DNA of 64,000 nucleotides from an uncultured Acidobacteriota bacterium (GCA_963756455.1 CAVWNC010000004.1:503098-567097), one strand, 5' to 3'; positions 7,428 to 17,189 are shown, counted from the stretch's first letter. Notes: generated by a model from the sequence alone, not told the origin. Numbers and translations: made by a program.

Positions 7428-7812
7428 TCCTCCTCGAGCGGGAGCGGATCTCCAGATAGTCGCGATCGATCACGATCCCCACGGCACCCTGCTGGCTCTC
7501 CTCGCCCAAGCGCCTAAGAAAGCCTCGCAAAGTCTCGGCGTGATCTTCTAGAGCCTGCTCCGTCGTGTAGCACTGCATGATTACGGGTGCGTCGAAGATG
7601 AGCTGTCCACCCCTCTCGTCATCCCGCCAGACACCACGTCCCTGCGGGAACGCGGTAGCACCTCCGAAGAGGCGGCCCAATACGGACAGGGCCTCGGTCA
7701 CCCAGTACTCTTGATCGATAGCCTTCTCATAACGGTCGACGCTGGGGACAAAGAGCACCAGCACCGTCGACGCTCTCTTTTGAGCTTGTAGGCTCTCGGA
7801 CCACTCGGGCAT
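7417..7812 (-). CDS. hypothetical 131-aa protein, first gene of a two-gene module with the RHH protein
   Basis: ORF track 7417..7812(-). Protein-like composition. No motif recognised. Confidence 0.35.
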   Translation of the reverse strand: MPEWSESLQAQKRASTVLVLFVPSVDRYEKAIDQEYWVTEALSVLGRLFGGATAFPQGRGVWRDDERGGQLIFDAPVIMQCYTTEQALEDHAETLRGFLRRLGEESQQGAVGIVIDRDYLEIRSRSRRNDG

Positions 7813-7973
7813 CGCACTCTCCTCGACCTAGAGGGTGCCACTTTTGGGGCAATAAGTCAAAGCCCGCGCCTCCTTCCAATCCTGTCCGCTTTTGGAACAC
7901 CCCTTTCCCGCCGCCGGACACCGAATCCGCCCATCCCTCCCCCCTCCCCGCGCAGAATCAACGACTTACACAC

Positions 7974-7988
7974 TGGCACATCCCTTGC
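7974..7988 (+). promoter_or_regulatory. sigma54-type (-24/-12) promoter candidate upstream of the first ADOP permease gene
   Basis: TGGCACatcccTTGC places GG at 7975-76 and GC at 7987-88 with exact 10-nt spacing, about 64 bp upstream of ATG 8052. Confidence 0.4.
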
Positions 7989-8051
7989 CCTTAGCAGCAC
8001 CCAGCCGACCGGAGCCTCCATTCCCGGCCGCTTCTTAAGACGAGGCGCTCG

Positions 8052-10493
8052 ATGCGAGATCTGTGGAACGACCTGCGGTATGCCGCTCGCACCCTGGGGC
8101 GGAGCCCGGGGTTCACCGCCGCCGCGGTGCTCACCCTGGCCTTGGGGATCGGTGCCAATGCCGCCGTGTGGAGCGTCGTCCATGCCGTGCTCCTGCGGCC
8201 GCTGCCCTATCCGCACCCGGAGCGGCTGGTGATGCTGTGGGAGACGGCGCCACAGGTGCCCCGGGATTCGTTCTCGGGGCCCGACTTCCTCGACTATCGG
8301 GCGCGCCTCGCCGGGCGGGACGGACGGAAACCCTTCGCCGGGCTCGCCGCCTTCGTCGCCTCCGGGGTGCAACTCGACGGCGAGAACGGACCCGAGCGGA
8401 TCCGCGGCGGCACGGCGACCGAGGGGTTCTTCCAGCTCCTCGGTGCTCGGCCGTCTTTGGGGCGCACCTTCCTCGCCGAGGACCACCGGCCGGGCGCGGC
8501 GCCGGTGATCGTCTTGACCGACGGCCTCTGGCGACGGCGCTTCGGGGCCGATCCGCGGATCGTCGGCAAGAGTCTGCCGGTCAACGGCCGGAGCGCCACG
8601 GTCGTCGGGGTCCTCCCCGCGGGCTTCCGGTTCTCGATCCCCGGCTTCCTCCGCCCGGTCGAGGTGTGGACGCCGCTCGCCCTCTCGCCGGGTGGGGATC
8701 GCGGTGGGCACATGCTGCGGGTGCTCGGGCGCCTGAGGCCCGGGGCCACAAAGGCGGCTTTGCAGTCGGAGCTTGCGGCGACCGCCGCTCTCCTCGCTCG
8801 GCAGTATCCGGGGACCAACGACGGGGTCGGGGTGCGGCTCATCCCGCTCCACGAGCAGATCGCCGGCTCGTCGCGGCGGGCTCTCCTCGTCCTCCTCACC
8901 GCGGTCGGGCTCGTCCTCTTGACGGCCTGCGCCAACGTCGCCAATCTCCTCCTCGCCCGGGCGGCCTCGCGGCGGCGGGAGATCGCGGTCCGCCGGGCGC
9001 TCGGCGCCGGGCGGCTGCGGCTCGTCTCCCAACTGCTCGCCGAGAGCCTGCTCCTCGCCGCCCTCGGGGGCGGGCTCGGCCTGCTCTTCGCCGCCTGGGG
9101 GCTCGATCTGCTGGTGCCGTTGGGCGGCGCCCAGCTGCCGCGGGCCGACGAGATCCGTTTCGATGGCGCGACCGTCGCCTTCACCGCCGGCGCCGTGCTG
9201 CTGACCGCTCTCCTCTTCGGCCTGGCGCCCGCCCTCTCGGCGTCGCGGCAGGCTCCGGGCGAAGGGCTCCGCGAAGGCGAGCGGGGAGGGAGCGGCGTCG
9301 GCCGGCGGCGCGCCCGTGCCGCTCTGGCCGTCGCCGAGGTGGCTCTCGCCCTCGTGCTCTCGACCGGCGCGGGGCTCCTCATCCGGAGTTTTCTCGGCCT
9401 GCTCGACACCCGGCCCGGTTTCGAGCCCCAAGGGGTGCTCACCGCGACGGTCGTCCTCCCCAAGTGGAAATACCGCGAGGAGCCGGCCCAGGCGGCCGCC
9501 CTGGAGCAGCTGGTGGACCGCGTCGCCGCTCTCCCCGGGGTGCGGGCCGCGGGCGCGATCGACGACCTGCCGCTCAACGGCGATCGCGACGCCAATACCT
9601 ATGTCGTCCCCGGGATGCCCGCGGACGCGAAGAGCCTGCCGGACGCGGAGATCCGCTCGATCACCCCGGGCTACTTCGCGGCCATGGGCATTGCGCTCGC
9701 CGCCGGCCGCCCCTTCGCGGCGGCCGACTCCGGCAAGGCGCCGCCGGTCGTCATCGTCAACCAGGCCCTGGCGCGGAGCTCCTTCCCGGGGGTCGATCCG
9801 GTCGGCAAACGGCTCTCCTTCGATAGCAAGGAGTGGTTCGAGATCGTCGGGGTGGCGGGCGACGTGCGCGATCTCGCCCTGGATGCCCCGGCGGAGCGCG
9901 AGATCTATCGGCCCGCGGCCCAGACGCCGGGGCTTCGGATGACCCTCGTGCTGGCGGGCGGGAACGCCAAGGCCTCCGGCGATGCCAGCATCTCGGGGCT
10001 CGCCAACGCCGTGCGGCAGGCGGCCCAGGCCGTCGATCGCGAGCTGGTCGTGACCCGGGTGGAACCGATGACCGAGGTGATCGGCACCGGGCTCGCCGAG
10101 CGGCGTTTCCACGTCCTCCTCCTCGGGCTCTTCGCCGCCGTCGCCTTCGCCTTGGCGGCGCTCGGGGTCTATGGCGTCATCAGCTCCGGAGTGGCCGAGC
10201 GGACCCGGGAGATCGGCATCCGGGTGGCGCTCGGCGCCGGGCGCGGGGCCGTGCTCCGCATGGTGCTCGGGCAAGGGGCGGCCCTCGCCGCGGCCGGAGT
10301 GGCGATCGGCACCGCCCTGGCGCTGGGCCTGACCCAGCTCCTGGCCGGGCTCCTCTACGGGGTGGGCGCCGCCGACCCCGGAACTTTCGCCGCCGCCGCG
10401 CTCCTCCTCGCGAGCGTCGCCCTTTTCGCCAGCCTCCTGCCGGCGGCGCGGGCGGCCCGTCTCGATCCGGTCGTTGCGCTCAAGGAAGATTGA
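8052..10493 (+). CDS. ADOP-family (acidobacterial duplicated orphan permease) FtsX/MacB-like ABC permease, copy 1
   Basis: 813 aa. N-terminus MRDLWNDLRYAARTLGRSPGFTAAAVLTLALGIGANAAVWSV is the hallmark of the family. Two FtsX-like 4-TM halves each follow a large periplasmic domain. C-terminus is RLDPVVALKED. Confidence 0.8.
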   Translation: MRDLWNDLRYAARTLGRSPGFTAAAVLTLALGIGANAAVWSVVHAVLLRPLPYPHPERLVMLWETAPQVPRDSFSGPDFLDYRARLAGRDGRKPFAGLAAFVASGVQLDGENGPERIRGGTATEGFFQLLGARPSLGRTFLAEDHRPGAAPVIVLTDGLWRRRFGADPRIVGKSLPVNGRSATVVGVLPAGFRFSIPGFLRPVEVWTPLALSPGGDRGGHMLRVLGRLRPGATKAALQSELAATAALLARQYPGTNDGVGVRLIPLHEQIAGSSRRALLVLLTAVGLVLLTACANVANLLLARAASRRREIAVRRALGAGRLRLVSQLLAESLLLAALGGGLGLLFAAWGLDLLVPLGGAQLPRADEIRFDGATVAFTAGAVLLTALLFGLAPALSASRQAPGEGLREGERGGSGVGRRRARAALAVAEVALALVLSTGAGLLIRSFLGLLDTRPGFEPQGVLTATVVLPKWKYREEPAQAAALEQLVDRVAALPGVRAAGAIDDLPLNGDRDANTYVVPGMPADAKSLPDAEIRSITPGYFAAMGIALAAGRPFAAADSGKAPPVVIVNQALARSSFPGVDPVGKRLSFDSKEWFEIVGVAGDVRDLALDAPAEREIYRPAAQTPGLRMTLVLAGGNAKASGDASISGLANAVRQAAQAVDRELVVTRVEPMTEVIGTGLAERRFHVLLLGLFAAVAFALAALGVYGVISSGVAERTREIGIRVALGAGRGAVLRMVLGQGAALAAAGVAIGTALALGLTQLLAGLLYGVGAADPGTFAAAALLLASVALFASLLPAARAARLDPVVALKED

Positions 10494-10506
10494 AGGAGAG
10501 AACGCC

Positions 10507-12948
10507 ATGCACCTCGCGACCGACCTCCGCACCGCCCTCCGCCGGCTCGGCAAGAGCCCCGGCTTCGCCGTCGCCGCAGTGCTCACCCTGGCCCTCGGTA
10601 TCGGCGCCAATACCACCCTCTTCAGCATCGTCGACGCGGTGATCCTCCGGCCGCTCGCCTTCCCGCGGCCCGCCGAGCTCATGGCCCTGCGGACCGAGCG
10701 CGCCCGCTCCGGCAGTGCCGGCGGTGCCGTTGCGGAGGCCGCGTCGGCCTCGGCCCCGGACTATCTCGACTGGAGCCGGCAGAACCATGTCTTTAAGGCT
10801 CTCGGCGCCGCGACCAGCGAGGCGGTCGTCCTCTCCGGCCGGGGGGAGCCGGAACGCCTGGCGGGCGAGCGGGTGTCGCCGAGCTTCTTTGCCGTGCTCG
10901 GCGTGCGGGCCGCGCTCGGCCGTACCTTCACGGCCCAGGAAGACCGGCCGGGGAGCGGCGTCGTCGTGCTCTCGAACGGGTTGTGGAAGCGGCGCTTCGG
11001 CGGCGATCCGCGCATCCTCGGGCGCAGCCTGCGGCTCGACGGCGAGCCGACGGTCGTCATCGGCGTCATGCCCGCCGGTTTCGGCACCTTGGAAGAGGAC
11101 TCCGAGCTGTGGTTCCCCATGGCGTTCACGGCGGACGACCTGACCAGCCGAGGCTCTCACTTCCTCACCGTCCTCGGTCGTCTCGCCCCCGGGGTCACCG
11201 CGGCCGGGGCGCAGGCGGAGATGGCGGCCATCGTCGCCCGGCTCGCCCGCGAGCACCCGGAGGAGGACGCCGGCTATACGGTGAAGGTCAAGCCCCTCCA
11301 CGACGTCGTCACCGGCGGCGTGCGTCCGGCCCTCCTGGTCCTCCTGGGCGCGGTCTCCTTCGTCCTCCTCATCGCCTGCGCCAACGTCGCCAATCTCCTC
11401 CTCGCCCGGGCGGCGACGCGGCAGCGCGAGCTCGCCGTCCGCGCGGCGCTCGGTGCCAGCCGCCGCCGGCTGATGGCCGAGATGCTGGCCGACGGCCTGC
11501 CGCTCGCTCTCGCCGGCGGTCTCGTCGGGGTGCTCCTGGCGCTCTGGGGAACCGACCTCGCGGTGGCCGCCATCCCCGACGGGCTGCCGCGCGCCGGCCA
11601 GATCCGGGTCGACGGCATGGCCCTGGGGTTCACCCTCGCCCTGTCGCTCCTCACCGGCCTCGCCATCAGCCTGGTGCCGGCGTTCCAGGCCGGGCGTGGC
11701 CAGCTCCACGATGCGTTGAAGGACGGCGGCAGAAACGCTTCCGGCGGGGCCGGCCGGCATGCCACCCGGAGCCTCCTGGTGGTCCTCGAGCTGACGCTCG
11801 CCGCGGCGCTCCTGATCGGCGCCGGGTTGATGCTCAAGAGCTTCGCCCGGCTGACCGAGGTCGATCCCGGCTTCCGGCCGGCGGGTCTCTACTCCGGCCG
11901 GGTCGGGCTCCCCGACGCGCGCTATCCGACGAACGCGCAGCAGGCCGCCTTCCTCGACGCCGTCCTCGGCCGCCTGCGGGCGGCTCCCGGGGTGCGCGAG
12001 GCGGCGGCGGTGTCGCCGCTGCCGCTCGGCAGCTCGCGCCATACCCTGTCGCTCGCGATCCTCGGGCGGCCGCCGCTGCCGCCGGGGGTGCGGCTCTCCG
12101 CCAACTGGCGGACGGTGAGCCCGGGCTACTTCCACACCATGGGCATCCCGCTCCTCGCCGGCCGCGACATCGAAGGTCGCGATCGCGAAGGGGCGCCGTG
12201 CGTCCTCGTCATCAATCGCACGATGGCCGGCCGTTCCTTTCCCGGCGAGAGCCCGCTCGGCCAGCGGGTGCGGATCGGCTACAACGACCTGGTGTGCGAG
12301 ATCGTCGGCCTGGTGGGGGACGTCAAGCACGCGGGCCTCGCCGTCGAGGCCGGGTCGGAGATGTACACCGCCTTTGCCCAAGCCCCGTTCCCGCGGGTGG
12401 ACCTGGTGGTACGGATGTCCCCGGGGGCGCCGGCCGCCAGCACCTCCAGCACCGCCGCCGCGGCCCTCCGCGCCGCCGTCCGCCAGGTGGACCCCGAGCA
12501 GGCGGTGTCGCAGATCGCGGCGCTCCAGTCGCTCCTCCGCGGCTCGGCGGCGCGGCCACGCTTCGTCCTCTCTCTCTTAGGCCTCTTCGCCGCCCTCGCC
12601 CTCCTCCTGGCGGCGGTGGGGCTCTACGGCGTCATGTCCTGGTCGGTGGGGGAGCGCACGCACGAGATCGGCATCCGTATGGCTTTGGGCGCCCGGCGCG
12701 AGGAGGTTCTGGGCATGGTGGTCCGCCAGGGGGCCGGCCTCATCCTCGCCGGGGTGGTCTCCGGGCTCCTTGTAGCCGGCGGGCTCACGCAGCTCCTCTC
12801 GCGGCTCCTCTTCACGGTGAGCCCGACCGACCCCACGATCTTCGCCGCGGTGCCGCTCGTCCTCGCCGCGGTGGCTTTGGTCGCCACCTGGCTGCCGGCC
12901 CAGCGCGCGACGCGGGTCGATCCCTTGGTGGCGCTCCAGGCGGAGTGA
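10507..12948 (+). CDS. ADOP-family FtsX/MacB-like permease, copy 2
   Basis: ATG 10507 is preceded by an AAGGAGA RBS. MHLATDLRTALRRLGKSPGFAVAAVLTLALGIGANTTLFSIV. The architecture matches copy 1 and the C-terminus is RVDPLVALQAE. Confidence 0.8.
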   Translation: MHLATDLRTALRRLGKSPGFAVAAVLTLALGIGANTTLFSIVDAVILRPLAFPRPAELMALRTERARSGSAGGAVAEAASASAPDYLDWSRQNHVFKALGAATSEAVVLSGRGEPERLAGERVSPSFFAVLGVRAALGRTFTAQEDRPGSGVVVLSNGLWKRRFGGDPRILGRSLRLDGEPTVVIGVMPAGFGTLEEDSELWFPMAFTADDLTSRGSHFLTVLGRLAPGVTAAGAQAEMAAIVARLAREHPEEDAGYTVKVKPLHDVVTGGVRPALLVLLGAVSFVLLIACANVANLLLARAATRQRELAVRAALGASRRRLMAEMLADGLPLALAGGLVGVLLALWGTDLAVAAIPDGLPRAGQIRVDGMALGFTLALSLLTGLAISLVPAFQAGRGQLHDALKDGGRNASGGAGRHATRSLLVVLELTLAAALLIGAGLMLKSFARLTEVDPGFRPAGLYSGRVGLPDARYPTNAQQAAFLDAVLGRLRAAPGVREAAAVSPLPLGSSRHTLSLAILGRPPLPPGVRLSANWRTVSPGYFHTMGIPLLAGRDIEGRDREGAPCVLVINRTMAGRSFPGESPLGQRVRIGYNDLVCEIVGLVGDVKHAGLAVEAGSEMYTAFAQAPFPRVDLVVRMSPGAPAASTSSTAAAALRAAVRQVDPEQAVSQIAALQSLLRGSAARPRFVLSLLGLFAALALLLAAVGLYGVMSWSVGERTHEIGIRMALGARREEVLGMVVRQGAGLILAGVVSGLLVAGGLTQLLSRLLFTVSPTDPTIFAAVPLVLAAVALVATWLPAQRATRVDPLVALQAE

Positions 12949-12979
12949 GCGGCGCCGCAAACCGAAGACGGAGGATTCC

Positions 12980-13606
12980 ATGGGAAGAACGCTCGAAAAC
13001 CTTCGCTACGCCGTGCGTACGCTCCAGAAGAGCCCCGGCTTCACGGCCGTAGCCGTCCTCACCCTGGCCCTGGGGGGCGCGGTGGCCTTCGTGCTCCTGA
13101 TCGCCTGTGCCAACGTCGCCAATCTCCTCCTGGCGCGGGCGGCGGCGCGGCAGCGGGAGACCGCCCGGGCGGCGCTCGGCGCCTCTCGGTGGCAGCTCGT
13201 CCGCCAGCTGCTGACCGAGAGCCTGCTCTTGACCGTCGCCGGCGGTCTCCTCGGGCTTCTCGTCGCCGTGTGGACGAAAGACCTCCTCACCTCCTGGAGC
13301 CCGGTCAGCCTGCCGAGCTTCCTGCACGTCCGCCTCGACGGGCCGGTGCTCGCGTTCGCCGCCGGCGTTTCGCTCGCCACCGGCCTCCTCATGGGTCTGG
13401 CGCCGGCCTTCCAGATCGCTTCTCTGGGCGTCGGTGAGGCGCTCCAGGCGAGCGGCCGCAACGCGGCGGGGGGAGACGCCGGGAACCGCCTGCGGCGCGG
13501 CCTGGTCGCTCTGGAGGTGGCGCTCTCGCTCCTCCTCCTGGTCGGCGCCGGGCTCATGATCCAGAGCTTCCGGGTCGATCCGCTGGTGGCGCTCCGGCAT
13601 GATTGA
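12980..13606 (+). pseudogene. miniaturised ADOP permease copy 3 (208 aa) produced by two in-frame internal deletions
   Basis: MGRTLENLRYAVRTLQKSPGFTAVAVLTLALG joins directly to GAVAFVLLIACANVANLLLARAAARQRE, so the first periplasmic domain is missing. LMIQSF then joins directly to RVDPLVALRHD, so the whole second half is missing. Both junctions stay in frame. Confidence 0.55.
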
Positions 13607-13705
13607 GAAAGCCTGTATTGCATCTACACGTTGTAACGTTCTATCTTCTATGGGAGCCTGGTAAAGGACAGTCGAGCCCTTCTTCTTCGATCGACGGAGG
13701 CAGCC

Positions 13706-16636
13706 ATGCCCGATCCGGCGGAGTTCCGGCAGGCGATCCCGCTCTACCAGGTGCTGGTCGAAGAGTTCAATCACCAGTATCCTGACTCTCCCATCCCGCT
13801 CGAGGCGATCACCGGCAAACGCGCCGCTTATGAAGCGGAATACGACGGCGAGCATCCGTACGGCGAGGCGGGGACGCCCGAGGCGCGCGAAGAGCGGCGC
13901 CAGGCGATCGACTACCGGCTCGTCCGGGAGTTCTACTGCCAGCTCCACCAGAAGAGAGTCGAACGCTCGGCCCTCTGCTTTTCGGGCGGCGGCATCCGGA
14001 GCGCCACGTTCGGGTTGGGGATTCTCCAGCGCCTGGCGCATCTCGGCCTGGTGACGAGATTCAACTTCCTCTCGACGGTATCGGGCGGCGGCTATCTCGG
14101 CAGCTGGCTCTCCGCCTGGATGGAGCGCGAGGCCGGGGGACCCGCGGCGGTGGAGGCGGAGCTCTCGCGGCCTCCCCGTTTCCCCTTGAGCCCCGAGCCG
14201 CAGCCGGTCTCCCACCTGCGCAGCTACAGCCGCTACATCAGCCCGCGGTTCGGCCTGCTCTCGGCCGACACCTGGACGCTCGTCGCGATCTTCTTCCGCA
14301 ACCTGTTCCTCAACTGGCTGGTCCTCCTGCCTCTCCTGGCCGTCGCCCTGATGATCCCGCGGATCAGCATCTACTTGGCCCGCCAACAGCATCCGCCTTC
14401 CTGGGTGCCGCCCACGGTCTTCGGGTTCGGGCTCCTCTGCGGCATCGGCGCCATCGCCTATCTCGGCATCCATCGGCCCAGCCTGGAGGGGAAGTCGGTG
14501 TTTTTCCGCTGGCCGGACCAGTGGCGCGGGCAGGTCGCTTTCCTCTGGCTCTGCCTGTTGCCGCTCTCGATCATGGCGATCGCCACCAGCCTCTACTGGG
14601 CCTGGGTCCCGATTCCCCTGGAACGCCTGTCCTTCGACGTGTTCGGTCTCCACATCCCTCCCCAGAAGGCGGCTCTGGCGTTCGTCGGGTTCGGGCTCGC
14701 CCTTCACGGCGGCGGCTATCTCGTGGCGCGGCTTTTCGTGCCTCTGCCCAAGCGGGAGATCCTCGGGGTGATCGTGACCGGCGGCCTGGGGGGGTACGCC
14801 GCCTGGCTCGCCGCGAGCCGGCTCTTCCCCATGCTCTGCGGCGAGGCGAACGTCCTGCGCTACGTCTGCTTCGCGGCCCCTCTGCTCCTCTTCCTGTTCT
14901 TAGCCACCGCCACCCTCTTCGTCGGGCTCTCCAGCAAGTACACCGAGGACGAGGATCGGGAGTGGCTCGCCCGCGCCGCGGCCTGGATCCTCATCTTCGT
15001 CGTCGTGCGGAGCACGGTCAGCCTGATCGTCATCTATGGCCCGGTCGTCTGGCATGTCGTGGGGGTCAAGTCGATGAGCGCCGTGGGGGGGATCTCCGGC
15101 CTGCTGACGCTCCTTCTAGGCCTGAGCTCCAAGACCGGGGCGAGCGAGAGCAAGAAGAACGAGCCGGCGCCGCCCTCGACCCAGGTGGCGAATCTCGCGA
15201 TCAGTCTGGCGGCGCCGCTCTTTGCGCTCTCCATCGTCGTCGGCCTGGCCTTCGGCACCACCCTCGTGATCCGGCTCCTCGCCCCCGCTCTCCGCCCCGG
15301 CTTCGCCTGGCCCGTGGACGATCTCAACCCCGACGATCCGCACGGCCATCTGATCACCCTCTACCACTCATCCGGTTGGGTGATCCTTGCGGTGACCTTA
15401 GGCCTCGGCGCCCTTGGGTGGATCATGGGCTACTACGTCGACATCAACCGCTTCTCTCTCCACGCCGCCTACCGCGACCGCTTGATCCGTGCCTATCTGG
15501 GCGCCTCGCGCAATCACGACGAGAGGCATCCCAACCCGTTCACCGGCTTCGATCCGGCGGACAACCTGCAGATGCAGGAGCTGCGGAAGATCGAGCGACC
15601 TTTCCACGTCGTCAACGCCGCCTTGAACCTGGTGGGCGGGAAGAACCTCGCCTGGCAGGACAGAAAAGCCGAATCGTTCACTTTTTCGGCTCTCCACAGC
15701 GGCAGCTTCTGCGTCGGCTACCGCCCGTCGGACCGCTATGGGCTCCACCGGGACAAGAAGAAGGCGATCTCGCTCGGCACGGCGCTCGCCATCTCGGGCG
15801 CGGCGGCGAGCCCCAACATGGGGTACCACTCCTCGCCGGTCATCACCTTTATTCTCGCCCTCTTCAACGTCCGCCTCGGCTGGTGGCTGGGAAATCCCGG
15901 GCCGGCGGGCGACAAGACGTACGACAAGTCGGGGCCGACCTTCGCGCCGAAGGCGCTTCTCGCCGAGGCGTTCGGCCTGACCGACGACGAGCACCCCTAC
16001 GTCTACCTCTCGGACGGCGGCCACTTCGAGAACCTCGGGCTTTACGAGATGGTGCTCCGGCGCTGCCGCTACATCGTCGTCTCGGACGGCGGGGGAGACC
16101 CCGAGTTCAATTTCGAGGACCTGGGCAACGCCCTCTCGAAGATCCGGGTCGACCTCGGGATCTCGATCGAGTTCGACCAGCTGCCCATGCGCTCGCGGGA
16201 CGATCTGGCCGGAACGAGCTTCGACCGCGCCCCGGGGAAGCGCGAGTTCGCCTACTGCGCCCTCGCCCGCATCCCCTACTCCTGCGTCGACTACCTGAAG
16301 ACTCCCGGCGATCTGGGGGACATCGACGGCTGTCTCCTCTACGTCAAGCCGTCCCTGAACGGCACGGAGCCGGCCGACGTCTTCCACTACGCCAAGCTCC
16401 ACCCCGGTTTCCCCCACGAGTCGACGGGCGACCAGCTCTACAGCGAGTCGCAGTTCGAGAGCTATCGGGAGCTCGGCTACCATGTGATGGAGGATGTGGG
16501 CGGCCCGCAGAGAGAAGAGCCCCTGGAGATGCTGGAGCTCTTCGAGCGGGCCGCCGGGTATGCCGGCGGGAAAAACCCCTGTCAAAGGAGCGAGGTGGGG
16601 GAGAAGGGGACGGTCGAGGAGGATTTTACGGCGTAG
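13706..16636 (+). CDS. large (976 aa) patatin-like phospholipase family protein with a polytopic transmembrane region inserted between the catalytic motifs
   Basis: RBS ggagg. Oxyanion motif CFSGGGIRSATFG near aa 93. A non-canonical nucleophile elbow STVSGGGY (T-x-S-x-G) near aa 125. About 10 predicted TM helices span roughly aa 190-560. The Asp motif YLSDGGHFENLGLYE lies near aa 770. Confidence 0.65.
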   Translation: MPDPAEFRQAIPLYQVLVEEFNHQYPDSPIPLEAITGKRAAYEAEYDGEHPYGEAGTPEAREERRQAIDYRLVREFYCQLHQKRVERSALCFSGGGIRSATFGLGILQRLAHLGLVTRFNFLSTVSGGGYLGSWLSAWMEREAGGPAAVEAELSRPPRFPLSPEPQPVSHLRSYSRYISPRFGLLSADTWTLVAIFFRNLFLNWLVLLPLLAVALMIPRISIYLARQQHPPSWVPPTVFGFGLLCGIGAIAYLGIHRPSLEGKSVFFRWPDQWRGQVAFLWLCLLPLSIMAIATSLYWAWVPIPLERLSFDVFGLHIPPQKAALAFVGFGLALHGGGYLVARLFVPLPKREILGVIVTGGLGGYAAWLAASRLFPMLCGEANVLRYVCFAAPLLLFLFLATATLFVGLSSKYTEDEDREWLARAAAWILIFVVVRSTVSLIVIYGPVVWHVVGVKSMSAVGGISGLLTLLLGLSSKTGASESKKNEPAPPSTQVANLAISLAAPLFALSIVVGLAFGTTLVIRLLAPALRPGFAWPVDDLNPDDPHGHLITLYHSSGWVILAVTLGLGALGWIMGYYVDINRFSLHAAYRDRLIRAYLGASRNHDERHPNPFTGFDPADNLQMQELRKIERPFHVVNAALNLVGGKNLAWQDRKAESFTFSALHSGSFCVGYRPSDRYGLHRDKKKAISLGTALAISGAAASPNMGYHSSPVITFILALFNVRLGWWLGNPGPAGDKTYDKSGPTFAPKALLAEAFGLTDDEHPYVYLSDGGHFENLGLYEMVLRRCRYIVVSDGGGDPEFNFEDLGNALSKIRVDLGISIEFDQLPMRSRDDLAGTSFDRAPGKREFAYCALARIPYSCVDYLKTPGDLGDIDGCLLYVKPSLNGTEPADVFHYAKLHPGFPHESTGDQLYSESQFESYRELGYHVMEDVGGPQREEPLEMLELFERAAGYAGGKNPCQRSEVGEKGTVEEDFTA

Positions 16637-16706
16637 GGGGCTACTGGTAGCGCTCAAGGCGGAGTGCGGAAGCTTTCGAACGAAAAAGCAAGCCCCATCG
16701 CAACCC

Positions 16707-17189
16707 TCATTTCTGCAGGCTGTGGAATCCAGTCGTCCAAGTGATGATGAGGATGCAGGTCCATACAGCCACAAAGAGAATGGGAATGGTCCGCCGAGAC
16801 AACCAGGTCGGTCCACCTGGGCTCTTGGTGGCTTCAAAGCCGATGATCGGGAGAGGATCGGGTTCGCCGCAGGATTGCGCGATCGAATCCCACCGGCGGA
16901 GCAAGTCTGTCATCGCATTGGCGTTGAGCTGAAGCTCTTGCCAATACACCAGCGCGGTCATGCATCCCGTAATGGCGAAGACGGACAGGATCAGCTGCGA
17001 AAAGATGGGAGGGTCGAACTGTTTTCCCGCGAACAATCCGAAGGAAGCGAAAAGAAAGCCCTGCAACGTATAGAGGGCTTGGATTCGATCCGCTGTCAGC
17101 TTGTCTTCATGAACCAACAGCTCGCGGAGCACCCGACGGCGATCCTCGACGGTCCAAAGCGGGTTCTTCGGTGGGGGGTTGTCACTCAT
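16707..17189 (-). CDS. hypothetical small integral membrane protein (160 aa) on a lower-GC patch
   Basis: ORF track 16707..17189(-). Three to four hydrophobic helices. The surrounding 16640-17190 is visibly less GC-rich than the rest of the window. Confidence 0.45.
   Translation of the reverse strand: MSDNPPPKNPLWTVEDRRRVLRELLVHEDKLTADRIQALYTLQGFLFASFGLFAGKQFDPPIFSQLILSVFAITGCMTALVYWQELQLNANAMTDLLRRWDSIAQSCGEPDPLPIIGFEATKSPGGPTWLSRRTIPILFVAVWTCILIITWTTGFHSLQK

Noticed and set aside
7857-10682. 941-aa reverse-strand ORF, and similar ones at 10480..12381(-) and 12812..14707(-)
   Set aside because: Arg/Gly/Pro/Asp-rich low-complexity translations lying antisense to the well-supported ADOP permease and patatin genes. 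These are typical GC-driven spurious ORFs.
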